DNA from: Gemmatimonadales bacterium
GTDB taxonomy: Bacteria; Gemmatimonadota; Gemmatimonadetes; Gemmatimonadales; GWC2-71-9
Direction of reading: 5' to 3'
Assembly (NCBI GenBank): GCA_038321865.1
Contig: JBBQFH010000011.1
Location: forward strand, 1 to 64,000
Length of the DNA: 64,000 nt
In this document: positions 49,200 to 59,572 of the stretch, piece after piece
Numbering within the stretch: the stretch's first letter is position 1
Layout: each line of letters starts with the position of its first letter
Made by a program: the position numbers and the translations under genes
The notes under the pieces: model-generated
Told to the model about the DNA's origin: nothing
The model's input: only the letters and a program-made list of their open reading frames with translations
Database searches by the model: none

Positions 49200-50207
49200 A
49201 TGACCCATCATCTGATGAACAGCCGATTCGCGGCGGCGGCAGCCGCCGCCCTCCTGCTCGCGTGCGGTCCGCGCCGGGAGGCCACCGTGCGCTCCGATTC
49301 GCTCTCCGCCACGTCGGCGGCAGCCACGCCGACCGGGGACAGCGCGGCCCCGGCACCGGCGCCTGCGCCGGCATCGACGCCGGCGGCTCCCGGCGGGGTG
49401 CTGGCGCACTATGACCTGACCGCGGCGCCGGCCTGGGATCACAAGCTGCCGAAGGGACTCGAGGAGATTTCCGGGCTGGCCTTCTCGCCGGACGGGCGCC
49501 TGTTCGCGCACGGGGATCAGGACGCCACCATCTGGCAGCTCGATGCGACCGGCGGCAAGGTGATCAAGACCTTCGGGCTCGCCCCGACCGGGCACGAGCC
49601 GGACATGGGCAAAAAGGCGAAGAAGAACGAGGTGGCGGGAGATTTCGAGGATATTCAGATCGTGGGGGACCGGTTCTTCCTGATTTCGAGCACCGGCACG
49701 CTGCTGGAGTTCAAGGAGGGCGGCGACGGCAGCCACGTGCCATACACCGCCCGCGAGACCGGACTCGGCGCCTTCTGCGAAATCGAGGGCATGACGTACG
49801 ACCCCGGCTCACGCGCGCTGCTGATCCTGTGCAAGCATCCACACCGGAAGGAATGGAAGGACCAGGTGGTGATCTCCGCGTGGTATCTGGACCGCAACGT
49901 GCTGTCCGAATCACCGTTGATCCGCGTGGATTACGCGAAGCTCGCCGGCCAGACCCACGCCCCGCTGTTCCACGGCTCCGCGATGGCGTTGTCGCCGGAT
50001 CACAATTCCCTGGTCCTGATTGCCGGTCCGCAGAAGACCTTTGCCGAGCTGGCGCTCGACGGCACGATCCTGTCCGCCGGGATGCTCGACGCGGCGTCAC
50101 ACAAGCAGCCGGAGGGCATCGCCTTCGCTCCCGACGGCACCCTCCTGATCAGCGATGAAGGCGCCGGCAAGCGCGCCACCCTGAGCGGGTACGCGCGGAA
50201 GCGCTGA
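49200..50207 (+). CDS. SdiA-regulated/YjiK-like beta-propeller lipoprotein
   Basis: Lipobox LLAC; LEEISGL, DFEDI, EIEGM, QPEGIAF, ISDEG. Confidence 0.75.
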   Translation: MTHHLMNSRFAAAAAAALLLACGPRREATVRSDSLSATSAAATPTGDSAAPAPAPAPASTPAAPGGVLAHYDLTAAPAWDHKLPKGLEEISGLAFSPDGRLFAHGDQDATIWQLDATGGKVIKTFGLAPTGHEPDMGKKAKKNEVAGDFEDIQIVGDRFFLISSTGTLLEFKEGGDGSHVPYTARETGLGAFCEIEGMTYDPGSRALLILCKHPHRKEWKDQVVISAWYLDRNVLSESPLIRVDYAKLAGQTHAPLFHGSAMALSPDHNSLVLIAGPQKTFAELALDGTILSAGMLDAASHKQPEGIAFAPDGTLLISDEGAGKRATLSGYARKR

Positions 50208-50217
50208 CCCACGCGAC

Positions 50218-50246
50218 GACGGAGGCGCCAAGGCGGCGCCTCCGTC
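50218..50246. terminator. Stem-loop between convergent genes
   Basis: GACGGAGGCGCC-AAGGC-GGCGCCTCCGTC, perfect 12-bp stem. Confidence 0.6.
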
Positions 50247-50290
50247 ATCAGAGCGGCCGGGGAGGCCGCTCTTCCATCCAACCCGTCGAG

Positions 50291-50560
50291 CTAGACCCGG
50301 CGGCCGCGTCCCGCGACAGCGTGGTAGATCACGAGCACCAGCACCGCACCCACCACCGCGACCACGATCGAATAGATGTTGAGGCCGGTCACGCCGCTGT
50401 GGCCGAACTGATTGAACAGCCACCCGCCCACGAACGCCCCGATGATGCCGAGCACGATGTCCATCACGACGCCTTCGCCGGTCTTGTTCACGATCTTGCT
50501 GGCGATGAAGCCGGCGATCAAACCGAGCACAAGCCACACAACAACAGACGTCATGTCCAT
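50291..50560 (-). CDS. GlsB/YeaQ/YmgE transglycosylase-associated membrane protein
   Basis: WLVLGLIAGFIA...DIVLGIIGAFVGG...AVVGAVLVL; SD GAGGT. Confidence 0.92.
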   Translation of the reverse strand: MDMTSVVVWLVLGLIAGFIASKIVNKTGEGVVMDIVLGIIGAFVGGWLFNQFGHSGVTGLNIYSIVVAVVGAVLVLVIYHAVAGRGRRV

Positions 50561-50707
50561 AGGTCACCTCGATTGAAGGGCAGCGAACAGGTCAGGCCAG
50601 CGGAGTGCAACCTACCGCCTGCCCCCGAGGTCCGTCAGTGAGGGGGATCACGCAAACAGGGGGGATGCCTCGACGTCGCCAGCGATGAACCCATGGTAAA
50701 TTGGATC

Positions 50708-52462
50708 ATGCCATTCAATTGCGGATCGGCGCGCCGCCGGATGGGCGGGGCCCTGCTGATCGGGCTGGCGCCGCTGTCGGCGTCGGGGGCGCAGGGCCGC
50801 CCTCCCGGCCGCCCGGCCCCGCTGGAGCGCACCTATTCCCTGCTGGCTCGCGAGTTTTCCGGTGACCGGGCACGGGAAACCGTGGCATTCGTGGAACAGT
50901 TCTGGCGGCAGCCGGGAAGCACCGGGTTCGATACGACGATCAGCCGCGTCGCCGGCGTGCTGGAGCACGCGGGATACGTTCGGGAGGACAGGGCAGGCCC
51001 GGCAGCGCCGCTGACCTATCGCATCGAGCACCGGCCGATGGATGCCCAATCCTGGTCTCCACTGGACGCATCGCTGGCGATCGTCGGCGGTCCGGTGCTG
51101 CTCCGCTTCGCCACCAACCGCAACATGCTCGCGATCGGCTCCTGGTCCACGCCGGACAGCGGCCTGGTCGCCGACGTCGTCGACCTGGCTGCCGTGAGAC
51201 CCGAGAGCCTGGCCACGGTCGCCGGGAAGGTCGTCTTTGCCGAAGGCGCCGGGGCGTCGCTCGCCGCTGCCGCCATCCAGCGCGGTGCCGCTGGTGCGCT
51301 CATCTACCGGATGCCGGCCTACACTCGGCCGGACGTCAACCGTACCTCCATCCAGTTCGGCGCCTTCGCCGCTGACTCGGCCCGGGCCACCTGGGGCATC
51401 TTCCTCTCCTACGCCGCACGCGGCGCGCTCCGCCAGGCGCTGGCGGCCGGTCCGGTCCGGGTTCGGGTCCGCACGCGGGTGGATCGGCATCCCGCGGACG
51501 AGCTCACGCTGGTAGCCGAGGCGCGCGGCCGGGTGGCGCCATCCGAGCGGTTCGTGTTCAGCGCCCATGTGCAAGAGCCCGGAGCCAACGACAACGCGAG
51601 CGGCGTCGGCACCCAGGCGGAGATGGCCCGGACGCTGGCGGCGCTGATCCGGCGCGGGCAGGTCCGTCCGGCGCGCACCATCACCTTCATCTGGGGCGAC
51701 GAGATCCGCGCGGTGCAGCGATACCTGGCGGAGGATTCGGTCCGGCGCGCCGGCGTGCGCTTCGGGCTCAGTCTCGACATGGTCGGCGAAGATACGCGGA
51801 AAACCGGTGGCACCTTCCTCATCGAGAAGATGCCCGACCCGTCGGCCGTGTGGACGCGGGGAGACGATCACCACACCGAGTGGGGAGGATCCCGGCTCAC
51901 GGTCGCGCAGCTCACGCCGCACTGGTACAACGACTTCGTGATCGGGCGTTGCGAGGACGTCGCTGCGCGGACGCCCGGCGGTTGGGCGGTGCGGGCCAAC
52001 CCGTTCGAGGGTGGCAGCGATCACACGCCGTTTCTCGAGGCGGGGAAACCCGGCCTGCTGATGTGGCACTTCACCGACCAGTTCTACCACACCGACAACG
52101 ACCGCCTCGGCATGGTGTCCGCCGCCGAAATGCGCAACAGCGGCGTGTGCGCACTCGCGGTGGGGATCACCCTCGCCACCGCCGATGCCGCGACCGCCCG
52201 ATTCATCGTGGCGGGCACCAGGTCCGCCGCCCTCGCCCGGCTCGGGCGGGAGGCGGTGCTGAGCCGGGACTCGATTGCCCATGGCGGCGACCGGACGGAA
52301 CAGCGGCAGATCGTCGAGACCTGGGGCGGCTGGTACGAAGGCGCGCTGCGCGCCATCACCGACGTGCCCGTGCGCGGCTCGACGCCTGCCCTGCGCGCCG
52401 CCATCGATTCGGCGGTCGCCGACGTCCACCGGGCGGTCGCCAGCCGCCTCGGCTCCCTGTGA
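50708..52462 (+). CDS. M28 family peptidase with PA-like insert
   Basis: SAHVQEPGANDNASG, WGDE, SLDMVG, GSDH, YHTDND. Start 50708 (TAAATT 5 nt upstream) or 50693. Confidence 0.85.
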   Translation: MPFNCGSARRRMGGALLIGLAPLSASGAQGRPPGRPAPLERTYSLLAREFSGDRARETVAFVEQFWRQPGSTGFDTTISRVAGVLEHAGYVREDRAGPAAPLTYRIEHRPMDAQSWSPLDASLAIVGGPVLLRFATNRNMLAIGSWSTPDSGLVADVVDLAAVRPESLATVAGKVVFAEGAGASLAAAAIQRGAAGALIYRMPAYTRPDVNRTSIQFGAFAADSARATWGIFLSYAARGALRQALAAGPVRVRVRTRVDRHPADELTLVAEARGRVAPSERFVFSAHVQEPGANDNASGVGTQAEMARTLAALIRRGQVRPARTITFIWGDEIRAVQRYLAEDSVRRAGVRFGLSLDMVGEDTRKTGGTFLIEKMPDPSAVWTRGDDHHTEWGGSRLTVAQLTPHWYNDFVIGRCEDVAARTPGGWAVRANPFEGGSDHTPFLEAGKPGLLMWHFTDQFYHTDNDRLGMVSAAEMRNSGVCALAVGITLATADAATARFIVAGTRSAALARLGREAVLSRDSIAHGGDRTEQRQIVETWGGWYEGALRAITDVPVRGSTPALRAAIDSAVADVHRAVASRLGSL

Positions 52463-52472
52463 CCCCCCGGCC

Positions 52473-55124
52473 GTGACGGACACCGCCACCCGGGGCCTCG
52501 ATCCCGCCGGCCCGGCCGAGTCGGGCTGGAGCGAGGACGCGCTGTGGCTCCTGGCGCGCGCCGGCCGGGTGCTCGGAGCGTCACTCGACATCGATGAGAC
52601 GCTGGACGCGTTCCTCGAGCTCCTCGTCCCCGCCGTCGCCGATGCCGTGGTGCTGCGGGTCGGCGACCTGCCGTCCGGGTCGGTGCTGGCCGAGTCGATC
52701 CGGGCGGTGCCGGAGATGGATGCGGCGGTCCGCGACTACGTGCGCGCCTTTCCGCCGACCAACCCGGCAGGCAGCGCCCTCGCGCGCGCCGCCTCGACCC
52801 GGGCGGCGGTTGTCAGCAACGCCGTGACCGACCAGTGGTGCCGCGATCTGGCGCGGAGCGAGGCGCAGTACCAGGGCCTCCTCAGCATGGGCATCGGTGC
52901 CGTCGTCGCCGTTCCGCTGCTGCTCGGAGATCGGTCATTCGGCGCCATGAGCCTGATGATGTCCCGGACGACCCGCCGGACCTTTCCGGAGGGGACGGCC
53001 CTCCTGGTCGAGGAGCTGGCCAGGCGGGCGGCGGTGGCGGCGGACCACGCGCGTCTCTTCGCGGCGGAGCGCGCCGCCAGGGCCCGCGTCGAGCTGCTGC
53101 AGGCGCTCAGCGGGAAGCTGGCGGAAGCGACCAGCCCGGAAGCCATCGCGGCCATCGCGCTGGACGAGGGGCGCCGGGCGCTCGGCGCGTCGATGGGGCT
53201 CGTCGCGTTGCCGTCGGCGGACGGGAGCCGCCTCGACGCGCTCGACATGGTCGGATACGAGGACGGCGTGATGGACGTCTGGCGCACCATCCCGCTCGAT
53301 CCGGCTGTGCCGGTCGCCGACGCCTTCCTCCGGCGGGAGCCGGTCTGGCTGCACGACGCGGCGGAGCGCGCGCGCCTCTATCCGTCGTTCAGTCCCTTTC
53401 ACGCACGCGCGGGCTACGTCGCCGGCGCGTCGATTCCGCTCGTCGCCGGTGGCCGCGCTCTTGGGGTAATCGCGCTGGCATTCGCCGACGCGCACACCTT
53501 CGATCCGCTCGAGCGCACCCTCATGCTCAGCGTGGCGCAGCAGTGTGCGATCGCGCTCGCGCGGGCCGATGCGATGCGCTCGCTGCAGCGGTGGGCCGAC
53601 GTCTTCGAGCACACCACCCAGGCGCTCGCCGTGCTGGACGCCGATGCCACCAGCATCGTCGCCGCGAATCCCGCGTGGGAACGGCTGTTCGGCTACACCC
53701 AGGGTGAGCTGGAAGGGATGGCGCTTAGCCGGCTCGAGGCGCCGCCGCGGCGCGAGGAAATCGCGGCAAACGTCGCCCGGGTCGCGGCAACGGAGCATGC
53801 CTTCTTCGAGACCCGATACCGTCGGCGCGACGGCAGCGAGTTCGCCGCGACCGTGGATGCGACGCTGGTCTCGGACCCGGCCGGGAAACCGCTGTACCGC
53901 GTCGTGAACGTCGCCGATCTCACCGAGCGCTATCGCTTCGAGGCGGAGCTGCGCCAGTCACAGAAGATGGAGGCGATCGGACGGCTTGCGGGTGGTGTGG
54001 CCCACGAGATCAACAACGCGCTGCAGGGCGTGCTGGGGTTCACTGCCTTCGCCCTGAAGTCGCTGACGCCGGACCATGCCGCCTGGAACGATGTCGAGCA
54101 GGCGGCCCGGAGCGGCGAGCGGGCCCGGGACATCGCCTGGCAGCTGCTCGCCTTCAGCCGCCGGCAGATTCTCCAGCCGCAGCCGCTGGAGCTCACCGGC
54201 GTCGTGAACGATTTCCTGCCGGTGCTGCGTCAGGGGGTGGGGCCCGACCGCGAGCTGCTGCATCGCTCCACGGCTGCCGCGCCGGTCGCGGCGGACCGCG
54301 GCCAGCTGGAGCAGGTCCTGCTCAATCTGATCCTCAACGCCCGGGACGCGACCCGCCCGGGCGGCCTTATCGAGATCCTGGTGGACGTGCTGCCGGTCAC
54401 CCCCGCGCTGCTCGCCGCCGACGCGGAACTCCGGGCCGGCCAGGTGCTTCCCGGCCGCTATGCGCGCCTCCGCGTGCGCGACGACGGCGAGGGCATGGAC
54501 CACGAGACGCGGTCACGGGTCTTCGAGCCCTTCTTCACCACCAAGACTGCGGGCGACGGCACCGGCCTCGGCCTCGCGGTCGCGCACGGAATCGTGGAGC
54601 AGAGCGGCGGCCGCATCTGGTGTGAGTCGTCGCCGGGCGCCGGCACGACGTTTACGGTCCTGCTTCCCTCCCGCGAACTGGACGAGACGGGCAACGCGCA
54701 CGCCCGGCGGTCGGGCGATTCGCGGGTACGCGGGGCCGAGCGCGTGCTGGTCGTGGATGACGAGGCTCACGTACGGGGGTTCCTGCGCCGCGAGCTCGAG
54801 GCGCTGGGGTACGCGGTGCGGGAGTCGGTGGATGGGGTGGCGGCTCTGGCTTGGCTCGAGGACGCGGCGCAGAACGGCACGCGGCCGATCGAACTGGTGA
54901 TCACCGACCTGATCATGCCCCGGCTCAGCGGCCGGGAATTCGGTGCGGCGGTCGTCTCGCGCTGGCCGGACGTCGGCTTGCTGTACATGTCCGGATACCC
55001 GGGCGATGAGGTCATCCGGCAGGGCATGCTCTCCGCCGAGGACGCGTTCATGCAGAAGCCGTTTGCCGGCGAGGAACTGGCGGCGCGCGTGCGGACGCTG
55101 CTCGATGGGGCGGCTGCGCGCTGA
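52473..55124 (+). CDS. GAF-GAF-PAS hybrid sensor histidine kinase
   Basis: ASLDIDETL GAF, second GAF, PAS, AHEINNAL, NARDA, GTGLGL, receiver; GTG start. Confidence 0.92.
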   Translation: MTDTATRGLDPAGPAESGWSEDALWLLARAGRVLGASLDIDETLDAFLELLVPAVADAVVLRVGDLPSGSVLAESIRAVPEMDAAVRDYVRAFPPTNPAGSALARAASTRAAVVSNAVTDQWCRDLARSEAQYQGLLSMGIGAVVAVPLLLGDRSFGAMSLMMSRTTRRTFPEGTALLVEELARRAAVAADHARLFAAERAARARVELLQALSGKLAEATSPEAIAAIALDEGRRALGASMGLVALPSADGSRLDALDMVGYEDGVMDVWRTIPLDPAVPVADAFLRREPVWLHDAAERARLYPSFSPFHARAGYVAGASIPLVAGGRALGVIALAFADAHTFDPLERTLMLSVAQQCAIALARADAMRSLQRWADVFEHTTQALAVLDADATSIVAANPAWERLFGYTQGELEGMALSRLEAPPRREEIAANVARVAATEHAFFETRYRRRDGSEFAATVDATLVSDPAGKPLYRVVNVADLTERYRFEAELRQSQKMEAIGRLAGGVAHEINNALQGVLGFTAFALKSLTPDHAAWNDVEQAARSGERARDIAWQLLAFSRRQILQPQPLELTGVVNDFLPVLRQGVGPDRELLHRSTAAAPVAADRGQLEQVLLNLILNARDATRPGGLIEILVDVLPVTPALLAADAELRAGQVLPGRYARLRVRDDGEGMDHETRSRVFEPFFTTKTAGDGTGLGLAVAHGIVEQSGGRIWCESSPGAGTTFTVLLPSRELDETGNAHARRSGDSRVRGAERVLVVDDEAHVRGFLRRELEALGYAVRESVDGVAALAWLEDAAQNGTRPIELVITDLIMPRLSGREFGAAVVSRWPDVGLLYMSGYPGDEVIRQGMLSAEDAFMQKPFAGEELAARVRTLLDGAAAR

Positions 55125-55179
55125 GACGAATCTGACGGTCGCTTCTCCATCGCGCGCCCGCCGCGTCGCCGTCGGCGCG

Positions 55180-55602
55180 ATGTTCAGCTCGACGCTTGCG
55201 ATAGCGGCGGCATACGGCTCGGCCTTCCTTTCCGGCGGGTCGCCTGCCTGGGCGACGTGGCTGTTCGTCGGCGGGACCGCCTGCCTGATGGTCGGTGCGA
55301 TGGTGCTGGGCGCCGCACGGCCGGGCCGCCGTCTCGGCCCCGTGCTGCTCGCCTTTGCGTTCATCTGGATCGTGATCGTCGGCGGCTTCAGCGTCGTACT
55401 GCTGCTGCCCGCGACCGACAGCGCGGTCTCCGCACTCTGGCTCGGGCTGCCGCCGCGTGCGGCGGTGATCGTGTACGGCATCGGGCTGTTGCCGGTGCTG
55501 GTCCTGCCGCTCGCGTACGCGCTCACGTTCGACTCGCTGACGCTGAGTGAGGCCGACCTCGAGCGGGTCCGTGCCGCCTCCCGGTCCGGCGGTCCGTCGT
55601 GA
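55180..55602 (+). CDS. Small membrane protein upstream of the SSS transporter
   Basis: About 4 hydrophobic segments, LWLGLP; GTGA overlap with the symporter. Start uncertain (55105 possible). Confidence 0.6.
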   Translation: MFSSTLAIAAAYGSAFLSGGSPAWATWLFVGGTACLMVGAMVLGAARPGRRLGPVLLAFAFIWIVIVGGFSVVLLLPATDSAVSALWLGLPPRAAVIVYGIGLLPVLVLPLAYALTFDSLTLSEADLERVRAASRSGGPS

Positions 55603-57119
55603 GCGTGACCCGGCTCCTGCTTCAGTCGCGGGCGCTGCCCCTGCCGCCGCTGGCTCGTCCCGCGATCATCGTCGTCGCGCTGCTCTACTTTGCCGCGATC
55701 GCCGCCATCAGCGTCTGGGCCGCGCGCCGCACGCACAGCGCCCGCGACTTCTTCGTTGCCGGCAACGGGATCGGCCTCTGGGCGCTGGCCCTCTCCGCCA
55801 TGGCGGCCACGACGTCGGGCTTCGCATTCATCGGCGGCCCCGGACTGGTGTACGCCTCCGGGCTCGGCGCGCTGTTCCTGATTCTTCCCGCCGGCATCAC
55901 CAACGCGATGGGTGCCTGGGTGCTGGCCAAGCGCATGCGCCTGCTGGCCGAAGTGCGGGGGGTGCTCACGGTGCCGGATGCCGTCGGCGCACGATATCGG
56001 TCCCGGCTGGCGCAGGGACTGGCCGGTGTCGCCATCCTGATTGCCACCATCGGCTACATGGCGACCAACATCCTGGCGCTCGGCCTCGTGATCGATTCGG
56101 TCTTCGCCACCGGGATCACGATCGGCATCTGGCTCGGCATGGCGATCGTGCTGGCCTATTCGGCTTCAGGAGGGATGATCGCCGGCATCTACACCGACAT
56201 GGTGGAAGGATCGCTGAAGGCGCTGGCCTCGGCGCTGGTGTTCGTGTTCACGCTCAAGTCGGGCGGCGGGATGAGCGGGCTCTCCCGGTCCGTGCTGGCC
56301 GCCGATCCCGCCTGGCTCGGCCCCTGGGGCAGGATGGCCCCGCTGGCGGCACTGTCGCTCTTCCTCGTCTTCGGGCTGGGCTCGCTGGGGCAGCCCCACG
56401 TGATCCACAAGTTCTACATGATTCGGGACCCCAGACGCCTCCGCTGGTATCCGCTCCTGATGACCTGTGCGCTCATCCTGAGCCTGCTGCTGTACTTCGG
56501 TGTCGGGTTCGCAGTGAAGGCGCTGGTGTCGCGCGGCGATCTCGCTCCCCTGGCCCGTCCCGACGAAGCGACACCGACCTTCCTGCTGCACTACACGCCG
56601 GTGCTCCTCAGCGCGCTTGTCTTCTCCGGCGTGGCCGCCGCCATCATGAGCACGATGAACTCGTTCATGAATATCGGGGCCGCCGTCGTGACGCACGATC
56701 TGCCGGTCGCGCTGGGGCGCCGGATGCGGAACGAGCTCCGATGGGGCCGTATCTCCACCGTGATCATCTCCGTCGCCGCCGCGCTGGTGGCCCAGCATTC
56801 CGGGGCCGTCGTCGTGCTGCTCGGCATCTTCGGCTGGGGCCTGTTCGCGTCCACCCTGGTCCCCTCGCTGGCGATCGGACTCAACTGGCCGGGCGCGACG
56901 CGGGCCGGCGCCGTCGCCTCCATCGCGACGGGCCTCGCGCTGACGCTCGTGCTCGAAACCGCCGCCTTCCTCCACCGGATGACGCTCCCGTCCGGCGTGA
57001 CCGTGTCGGGACTGGCGCTCGTGTCGTCGCTGCTCGTGTTCTTCGTCGTCTCCTGGGTGACCCGGGCGGGTGCCGCCGAGACGATCGACCCGGACATCCG
57101 GCTCGTGATGGATGCCTGA
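55599..57119 (+). CDS. Sodium:solute symporter (PutP/PanF-like)
   Basis: DFFVAG, SGFAFIGGPG, GQPHVIHKFY, AAIMST. Confidence 0.9.
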   Translation: MSVTRLLLQSRALPLPPLARPAIIVVALLYFAAIAAISVWAARRTHSARDFFVAGNGIGLWALALSAMAATTSGFAFIGGPGLVYASGLGALFLILPAGITNAMGAWVLAKRMRLLAEVRGVLTVPDAVGARYRSRLAQGLAGVAILIATIGYMATNILALGLVIDSVFATGITIGIWLGMAIVLAYSASGGMIAGIYTDMVEGSLKALASALVFVFTLKSGGGMSGLSRSVLAADPAWLGPWGRMAPLAALSLFLVFGLGSLGQPHVIHKFYMIRDPRRLRWYPLLMTCALILSLLLYFGVGFAVKALVSRGDLAPLARPDEATPTFLLHYTPVLLSALVFSGVAAAIMSTMNSFMNIGAAVVTHDLPVALGRRMRNELRWGRISTVIISVAAALVAQHSGAVVVLLGIFGWGLFASTLVPSLAIGLNWPGATRAGAVASIATGLALTLVLETAAFLHRMTLPSGVTVSGLALVSSLLVFFVVSWVTRAGAAETIDPDIRLVMDA

Positions 57120-57122
57120 GCG

Positions 57123-58070
57123 CTAGTCGATCGGCTTCAGATTCCGCTCGATCTGCTCGCGCCGACCCTCGAGAAACGGCGGCAGCGACACCTTCTCGCC
57201 CAGCGTGCTGACCTCCTCATCCGCCGCGAACCCGGGCCCCTCGGTCGCGATCTCGAACAGGATCCCGTTCGGCTCGCGGAAATAGAGGCTCCGAAACCAG
57301 TAGCGGTCTACCTTGCCGCTGTTGGCGATCCCCAGCGTGTTCAGTCGCTCCGCCCACGCATCGTATTCCGCGTCGGGCGATCGGAACGCCACGTGATGAA
57401 CACCGCCTGCGCCCGGCTCGGCCCGCGGCAGGTCCGGCTGCACCGCCACGTGCAGCTCGGCGCCGGGCCCGCCCGCACCCATCTCGAAGACGTGAACCGT
57501 GTGCTTCGGGATGTCGGGGTGCGGATACTGCCGCGCCGGCCGCATGCCAAGCCCATCCTCCAGCAGCCGGGCGGTCGGCGCGAGGGCGGGGACGCTGAGC
57601 ACGATCGGCCCCAGGCCGCGCACCTGATGTTCGGCCGGAACCGGGCTGCGCTCCCATGGATGCGCCGGGCCCGCACCCCCGTCATCCACCAGCGAGAGTC
57701 GCTGGCCTTCGGCATCGTCGAAATCGAGGGTGAGCCGCCCGTCGCGCTCGGCGAGAGGAGCCGGCGTGACGCCGTGCGCGCGAAGGCGGGCGTCCCACCA
57801 TGCGAGCGAATCCCGCCCGGAGACGCGGAGGTGCGTCCGCGAGATCGAACGGGTGCCGCGTCCCTCCCGCGGCACCGGCCAGTCGAAGAAGGTGAGGTCG
57901 GTGCCGGGGGAGCCCACGGCGTCGGCGTAGAACAGGTGATACGCGCTCACGTCGTCCTGATTGACGCTCCGCTTCACCAGGCGCATGCCCAGCGTGCCGG
58001 TGTAGAAGAGATGGTTGTCGCGAATCCGCGCCGACACCGCCGTGAGATGATGAATGCCCTTCAGGTCCAT
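57123..58070 (-). CDS. Ring-cleaving dioxygenase (MhqO-like VOC)
   Basis: IHHLTA, VNQDD...[37 protein letters not shown]. Confidence 0.92.
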   Translation of the reverse strand: MDLKGIHHLTAVSARIRDNHLFYTGTLGMRLVKRSVNQDDVSAYHLFYADAVGSPGTDLTFFDWPVPREGRGTRSISRTHLRVSGRDSLAWWDARLRAHGVTPAPLAERDGRLTLDFDDAEGQRLSLVDDGGAGPAHPWERSPVPAEHQVRGLGPIVLSVPALAPTARLLEDGLGMRPARQYPHPDIPKHTVHVFEMGAGGPGAELHVAVQPDLPRAEPGAGGVHHVAFRSPDAEYDAWAERLNTLGIANSGKVDRYWFRSLYFREPNGILFEIATEGPGFAADEEVSTLGEKVSLPPFLEGRREQIERNLKPID

Positions 58071-58093
58071 GCGTCCCTCTTTTGGCCCGCCGG

Positions 58094-59056
58094 TCAGGCG
58101 GGTTGGGGGGTCAGGGGTGTGAGTGCCGCCACGATCTGCGCCCGGCGGGGCTCGAGAAACGGCGGCAGCGAGAGCCGTTCCCCGTCGATCGGGCCGTCGA
58201 CCTCGAAACCGGGGCCGTCGGTGGCCAGCTCGAAGAGGACGTGGCCCGGCTCGCGCACGTAGACCGAAGTGAAGTAGTGTCGGTCCACGATGCCGCTGTT
58301 CTCGTAGCCGAGCTCGTCGAGCCGGGCAACCCAGTCGCTCATGACGCCGCCTTCGGGCACCCGGAGCGCGACATGGTGCACCCCGCCGGCCCCGTACCGT
58401 GCCCTCGGCAGGTCGTCGCGGACGGTCACATGCACTTCGGCACTCGGCCCGCCGGCTCCCATCGCGTACACGTGCACCAGGAATGGCGTACCAGCGACCG
58501 GATAGCTGCGAACAGGCCGGAGGCCGAGCGCCGTGGTCAGGAAGCGGTCGGTGGGCTCGAGCGCCGGCACCGTGATGACGGTGTGGCCCAGGCCGCGGAT
58601 CTGATGGGCGGCTGGCACCGGGCTTCCCTCCCACGGAAACGCCGGGCCCGCGCCGCCGTCGTCGAGCAACGCGAGCAGGGTGCCTTCGAAATCCTCGAAG
58701 TCGAGCACCGCGCGGCCGTCGCGATTCGTGATGCCGCCGTGGCCGACGCCCAGTCGGGTGAGCCGCTCCGCCCACCACCCCAGCGTGCCGGCGCCCGCCA
58801 CCCGGAAGGTGGTGGCCGAGATGCTGTTGTTGCCGCGATACTCGGGCGCGGCGTGAGGGATGTCGAAGACCGTCATGTCCGATCCCGGACTGCCCGCACC
58901 GTCGCCGAAGAAGAGGTGATACATCGTCGGCTCGTCCTGATTGACGGTGCGGATGACCGGCCGGAGCCCGAGCACCCGGGTGTAGAAGTCGTGCGACCTC
59001 CCGATGTGCGCACTGAGCGAGCTAACATGGTGAATGCCGCCAAGCTTGAAGGTCAT
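58094..59056 (-). CDS. Ring-cleaving dioxygenase (MhqO/MhqA-like VOC), paralog
   Basis: IHHVSS, VNQDE...[24 protein letters not shown]. Confidence 0.9.
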   Translation of the reverse strand: MTFKLGGIHHVSSLSAHIGRSHDFYTRVLGLRPVIRTVNQDEPTMYHLFFGDGAGSPGSDMTVFDIPHAAPEYRGNNSISATTFRVAGAGTLGWWAERLTRLGVGHGGITNRDGRAVLDFEDFEGTLLALLDDGGAGPAFPWEGSPVPAAHQIRGLGHTVITVPALEPTDRFLTTALGLRPVRSYPVAGTPFLVHVYAMGAGGPSAEVHVTVRDDLPRARYGAGGVHHVALRVPEGGVMSDWVARLDELGYENSGIVDRHYFTSVYVREPGHVLFELATDGPGFEVDGPIDGERLSLPPFLEPRRAQIVAALTPLTPQPA

Positions 59057-59532
59057 CCCGGGTCCTCGTTCTTCGTGGTACGTTCCAGTTGCTCCGCGTG
59101 GGTGCCGAGCCGGATCAGCAGGGCAACCAGCGTCTCCCGGTCCTGGCCTGAAAGGACCGAGACCAGCCGGTTCAGGTCCGCCGCGTGGCGGGCGAACGCG
59201 GGCTCGATCAGCGCCCGGCCCTTCCGGGTGAGCCAGACGAGCCGCACGCGGCCGTCCCGCGGATCGGGTTTCCGCTCGACCAGCCCCCGTTCGGCCAGGC
59301 GGTCGACCGCGGTGGTGATGGAGCCCGTGGTGAGGAGGACTTTCTGCCCGATCACGCTCACCGGAAGCGGCCCCTTGTGCAGCAGCGCCTCGAGGACGCC
59401 GAAGTCGCTGAAGCAGAGACCGGTGTGCTCGATGCTCTCCAGCGCCCGCGTCTCGACGGCGTGGCTGGCTTTCCAGAGTGTGAGCCAGACCTGCGCGCCG
59501 GTGGGCGGTCGCGTGGTACGATGCGTCTTCAT
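59053..59532 (-). CDS. MarR-family regulator, MhqR-like
   Basis: SDFGVLEALLHKGP, KVLLTTGSITTAVDRL, DGRVRLVWLT. Confidence 0.9.
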   Translation of the reverse strand: MKTHRTTRPPTGAQVWLTLWKASHAVETRALESIEHTGLCFSDFGVLEALLHKGPLPVSVIGQKVLLTTGSITTAVDRLAERGLVERKPDPRDGRVRLVWLTRKGRALIEPAFARHAADLNRLVSVLSGQDRETLVALLIRLGTHAEQLERTTKNEDPG

Positions 59533-59538
59533 GGCCGG

Positions 59539-59572
59539 AACCTACACCGTTGATACCTTGACGTCAAGGTAT
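59539..59572 (-). promoter_or_regulatory. Sigma70-type promoter for marR overlapped by a perfect 20-bp operator palindrome
   Basis: Minus strand TTGACG (59562-59567)-N17-TAGGTT (59539-59544), 6 nt before the ATG; palindrome ATACCTTGACGTCAAGGTAT at 59553-59572. Confidence 0.8.

Noticed and set aside
50561..50692. Possible riboswitch or sigma54 promoter in the intergenic region
   Set aside because: No complete conserved aptamer pattern, and the GG-GC spacing is 9 rather than 10.
58071..58778. N-terminal extension of the 551-aa dioxygenase ORF
   Set aside because: It overlaps the upstream paralog in another frame; the family N-terminus begins at MDLKGIHH (58070).
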